DNA of 64,000 nucleotides from Microthyrium microscopicum (Eukaryota): NCBI GenBank assembly GCA_010405405.1, contig MU004233.1, positions 437,067 to 501,066 of the forward strand, read 5' to 3'. Shown piece by piece: positions 61,496 to 64,000 of this stretch (position 1 is its first letter; each line of letters starts with the position of its first letter). The notes under the pieces were generated by a model. It saw only the letters and a program-made list of their open reading frames with translations, ran no database searches and was not told where the DNA came from. The position numbers and the translations under genes were made by a program.

Positions 61496-62017
61496 GTGGG
61501 ACGATGATGGACCGCAGTTATGCTTTTGTAAAACTGATCTGGACGAATCATACCCTCATGCCAAATAGTATTTCATATGCTCTCGCTGGTCTTCGGCTAC
61601 GAAAAGATTGCCAGTGATGACCAAAGAATCGACTGCACACGGCTCCTGCCCAATGCCCAAGAGTCAACAAACCGGTTTCGGCAGCTGTGAGAGAATTTAT
61701 GTCCAAGCTATTAGTCACCGCTCCTTTATGTATCCTCAGGAATACTCAGAGAACAATGAAACCTAGTGCAGAGATGCTTCGAACAGCGCTATTTCAATTT
61801 TCCTAGGTGTTGTCGGTACAGTGAATGGTCAAGAACCAAAGAAGCCTTGAGTTCTCTCGAAATGATGATGGAGGAATCACAACTGATCTCTCGACTTCTT
61901 GATGTTGGAACACAGCTTACTGTCTATACCTAGTGGCTAGCAATCATAGTTTGATATTCTTTGACCTCAGGGCTGTGAAAATATATTGAGAATCTGGATG
62001 ACATTGAAAGTGATACC

Positions 62018-63985
62018 TCAATGCTCGCAGAAGTTATAAGTCTCAAAGTTGTTCTCAACAGCGTTCGTAAAGCCAGTTCTCTCAGCCATCAACTCCAGTC
62101 TCAGTCTTTTAGCCTCTTCCAAACTCATCATCCCTGCAATAGCCTCTTTCGTAATCATATCGGCGAGTTCATGCGGCAGTTTCTCCACGTTGCCATGTTT
62201 CACTGCTTCGGCAGCCCACTCCTGTTGCTGAGGCGGCACGTTTGCTGTCGATAAGATACGATAGTGCGGATCCACGAGCCAGAGAACCAAGAGTCTTCGA
62301 TGGCCTTTCTTAGTCGGATCAACTAGATGAAAAGGCTCAACCTTGTGCTGCAACGCATTCGGGAAAACAAGTAATCGATCTCCTGGCGTAGCCACACTGC
62401 CAATTTCCTGAACTGCAGGCTCATCACTCAATCCCTCCGTCCCAAACACAACAGACAGCGGTTGATGGTCGTCCTGTTCATTTTCCATATTCATATCATC
62501 CAACTTCGACTCTTGGCGAAATCGAAGACGAGCTTCACTGACATTTTCGACATCATAATAGTAGATCGCTGTTGCGACAATATGTTCGTTCCGCATGCCT
62601 TCTAGATGCCAATTGCCACCCGCATATTCCGGCTTTTCCGGGCTCAACTCAATTGAGGACAATTTGACAATGACCTGTAAACCTTGCTTGCGAAACTTCT
62701 CTTGAAGCTTGACCACGTTCGCATCTCGAGGGGCACCACCGGTTTTGCCATAGTACGGTTTACCGAAAACACCGTTGCCAGTGTCGCCGCGCTTCCATTG
62801 GTCGTAGGAGAAGCTGATGCCCGGCTCGGGATGTAGCACCTTACGCATCCGAATCCATTTCCAGCGAATTGCGGATTCGTCAAGCCACGCCTCTTCGGAC
62901 TGGTAATCGTCTTCATCGTGTTCCTCGTCATGTGCGAAGCCTGGACGATAGTCGGGGTTGTCAGGTTCTCGGAGATATTCCCGGACTTTGGTGAAATCAG
63001 GGTCTTCGCCAAAATCAGGAGGCTCTGCAGGGTCCAATTCAGCGCCGTAAGTGCGGATGCGAGGACTCAAGTAGCTGTGACCGCTTAGTAGAACCTGATT
63101 CCAAAGTGGTATAGACTTGGCGATTACGGACTCAATGATCTGGTACAGCGGCTGATGCAAACTAGGATTAAGATTGTTAATGTAAGATGTGATATGGACG
63201 GCGGTGTCGTCAGGGTCTTCCGAATTGCGAAATTTGACCTCAGCTGGTAGCCATTGGAAGCGATTGGACCAGAGTGGCTCATTAGAGATGCTGCTTTGTA
63301 ACCATTGTCCCTGTCTGGTACGAGCAATAGTCTGGTTGGCGGCCGCGATATCTCCTTGGCCGGAGGAAGCCAGGCAGTTCAGGAGACCAACTTGGCCAGT
63401 TTGCAAAACCCGGGTTTGGCCATAGACAAGAGGATACAGAGACGGATGTACGAGATTGAGGACTTGATCGTTGGAATTTGGGTGCCAATCCTTTTCAGAA
63501 TCTTCCACACTGAGTAGCAGTTCAACGACCTTTCTCAGCTCGTCGCGTAGTTCTGATGGAATAGTACTGTCACTCTTGATAACACTAGATTCGGTCTCAT
63601 ATGTTCGAATGAAGCCATCCTTCACAAAGTCCGATGCACGATCACGGAGCTCGATGATGCACCACTCAAATGCCTTTTCGCTCAAAAGTCCATCAGGTAA
63701 AGCCGCTGCCTCGTCTTTCCACTTGTTAACAATTTTGTCATCAAATATCTTGGCATTCCAATTTGGCTTCTCCGTCAAGGCGTCCATAAAGCGTAGCATG
63801 GAAATTTCTCGCACTGTTAGCCTTTCGGCAACGAAATCGTTGGCTCCATGGCGGAAGTAAAGCTCGCAGTCTGGATAGGAATTGAAGCGGCGCGGTTCAT
63901 AGTCTATCGCAACGCCAAATCCAGGAACTTGTAGTTTGCCCTTTCCAGAATTGTCTAGGTCCATATCTGATGAGCGATCGGACAT
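62018..63985 (-). CDS. DUF4246-family protein (2OG-Fe(II) oxygenase-like fold)
   Basis: DWHPNSNDQVLNLVHPSLYPLVYG, FQWLPAEV, LQVIVKLSSIELSPEKPEYAGGNWHLEG..NEHIVATAIYYYD, FPNALQHKV. Confidence 0.85.
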   Translation of the reverse strand: MSDRSSDMDLDNSGKGKLQVPGFGVAIDYEPRRFNSYPDCELYFRHGANDFVAERLTVREISMLRFMDALTEKPNWNAKIFDDKIVNKWKDEAAALPDGLLSEKAFEWCIIELRDRASDFVKDGFIRTYETESSVIKSDSTIPSELRDELRKVVELLLSVEDSEKDWHPNSNDQVLNLVHPSLYPLVYGQTRVLQTGQVGLLNCLASSGQGDIAAANQTIARTRQGQWLQSSISNEPLWSNRFQWLPAEVKFRNSEDPDDTAVHITSYINNLNPSLHQPLYQIIESVIAKSIPLWNQVLLSGHSYLSPRIRTYGAELDPAEPPDFGEDPDFTKVREYLREPDNPDYRPGFAHDEEHDEDDYQSEEAWLDESAIRWKWIRMRKVLHPEPGISFSYDQWKRGDTGNGVFGKPYYGKTGGAPRDANVVKLQEKFRKQGLQVIVKLSSIELSPEKPEYAGGNWHLEGMRNEHIVATAIYYYDVENVSEARLRFRQESKLDDMNMENEQDDHQPLSVVFGTEGLSDEPAVQEIGSVATPGDRLLVFPNALQHKVEPFHLVDPTKKGHRRLLVLWLVDPHYRILSTANVPPQQQEWAAEAVKHGNVEKLPHELADMITKEAIAGMMSLEEAKRLRLELMAERTGFTNAVENNFETYNFCEH

Positions 63986-64000
63986 TTTGAGATGATTGAT

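Overview
Filamentous ascomycete (Pezizomycotina) genomic DNA with spliceosomal introns and RIP. The left end holds a candidate regulated-cell-death locus. It consists of a fungal gasdermin (RCD-1/HET-Q1-like, truncated by the window edge) and, ~1.1 kb away on the same strand, a spliced NLR-like gene with the architecture SesB-like alpha/beta-hydrolase - NACHT - retropepsin-like aspartic protease and no repeat sensor domain. Upstream of the NLR is an ~11.4 kb RIP-destroyed TIR DNA transposon with intact TIRs and a TSD; its integrase-core (IS3EU/Styx-type) transposase can still be read after manual de-RIPping. The element splits what was a short head-to-head intergenic region between the NLR and an unusually divergent alpha-SNAP (Sec17-like) gene. 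The rest is ordinary gene-dense euchromatin: RAD3/XPD, LTN1, a PTH11-like protein, an ABCC transporter, Mpv17, two Zn2Cys6 TFs, a SET protein, an amino-acid permease, a heme-thiolate peroxidase, a bacterial-like isochorismatase, a carboxylesterase, DUF2985, EthD, an MFS transporter, a pepsin-like membrane protein, a hevein-repeat pseudogene and DUF4246. All calls come from motif recognition by eye; no searches were run, and exon boundaries are manual estimates.
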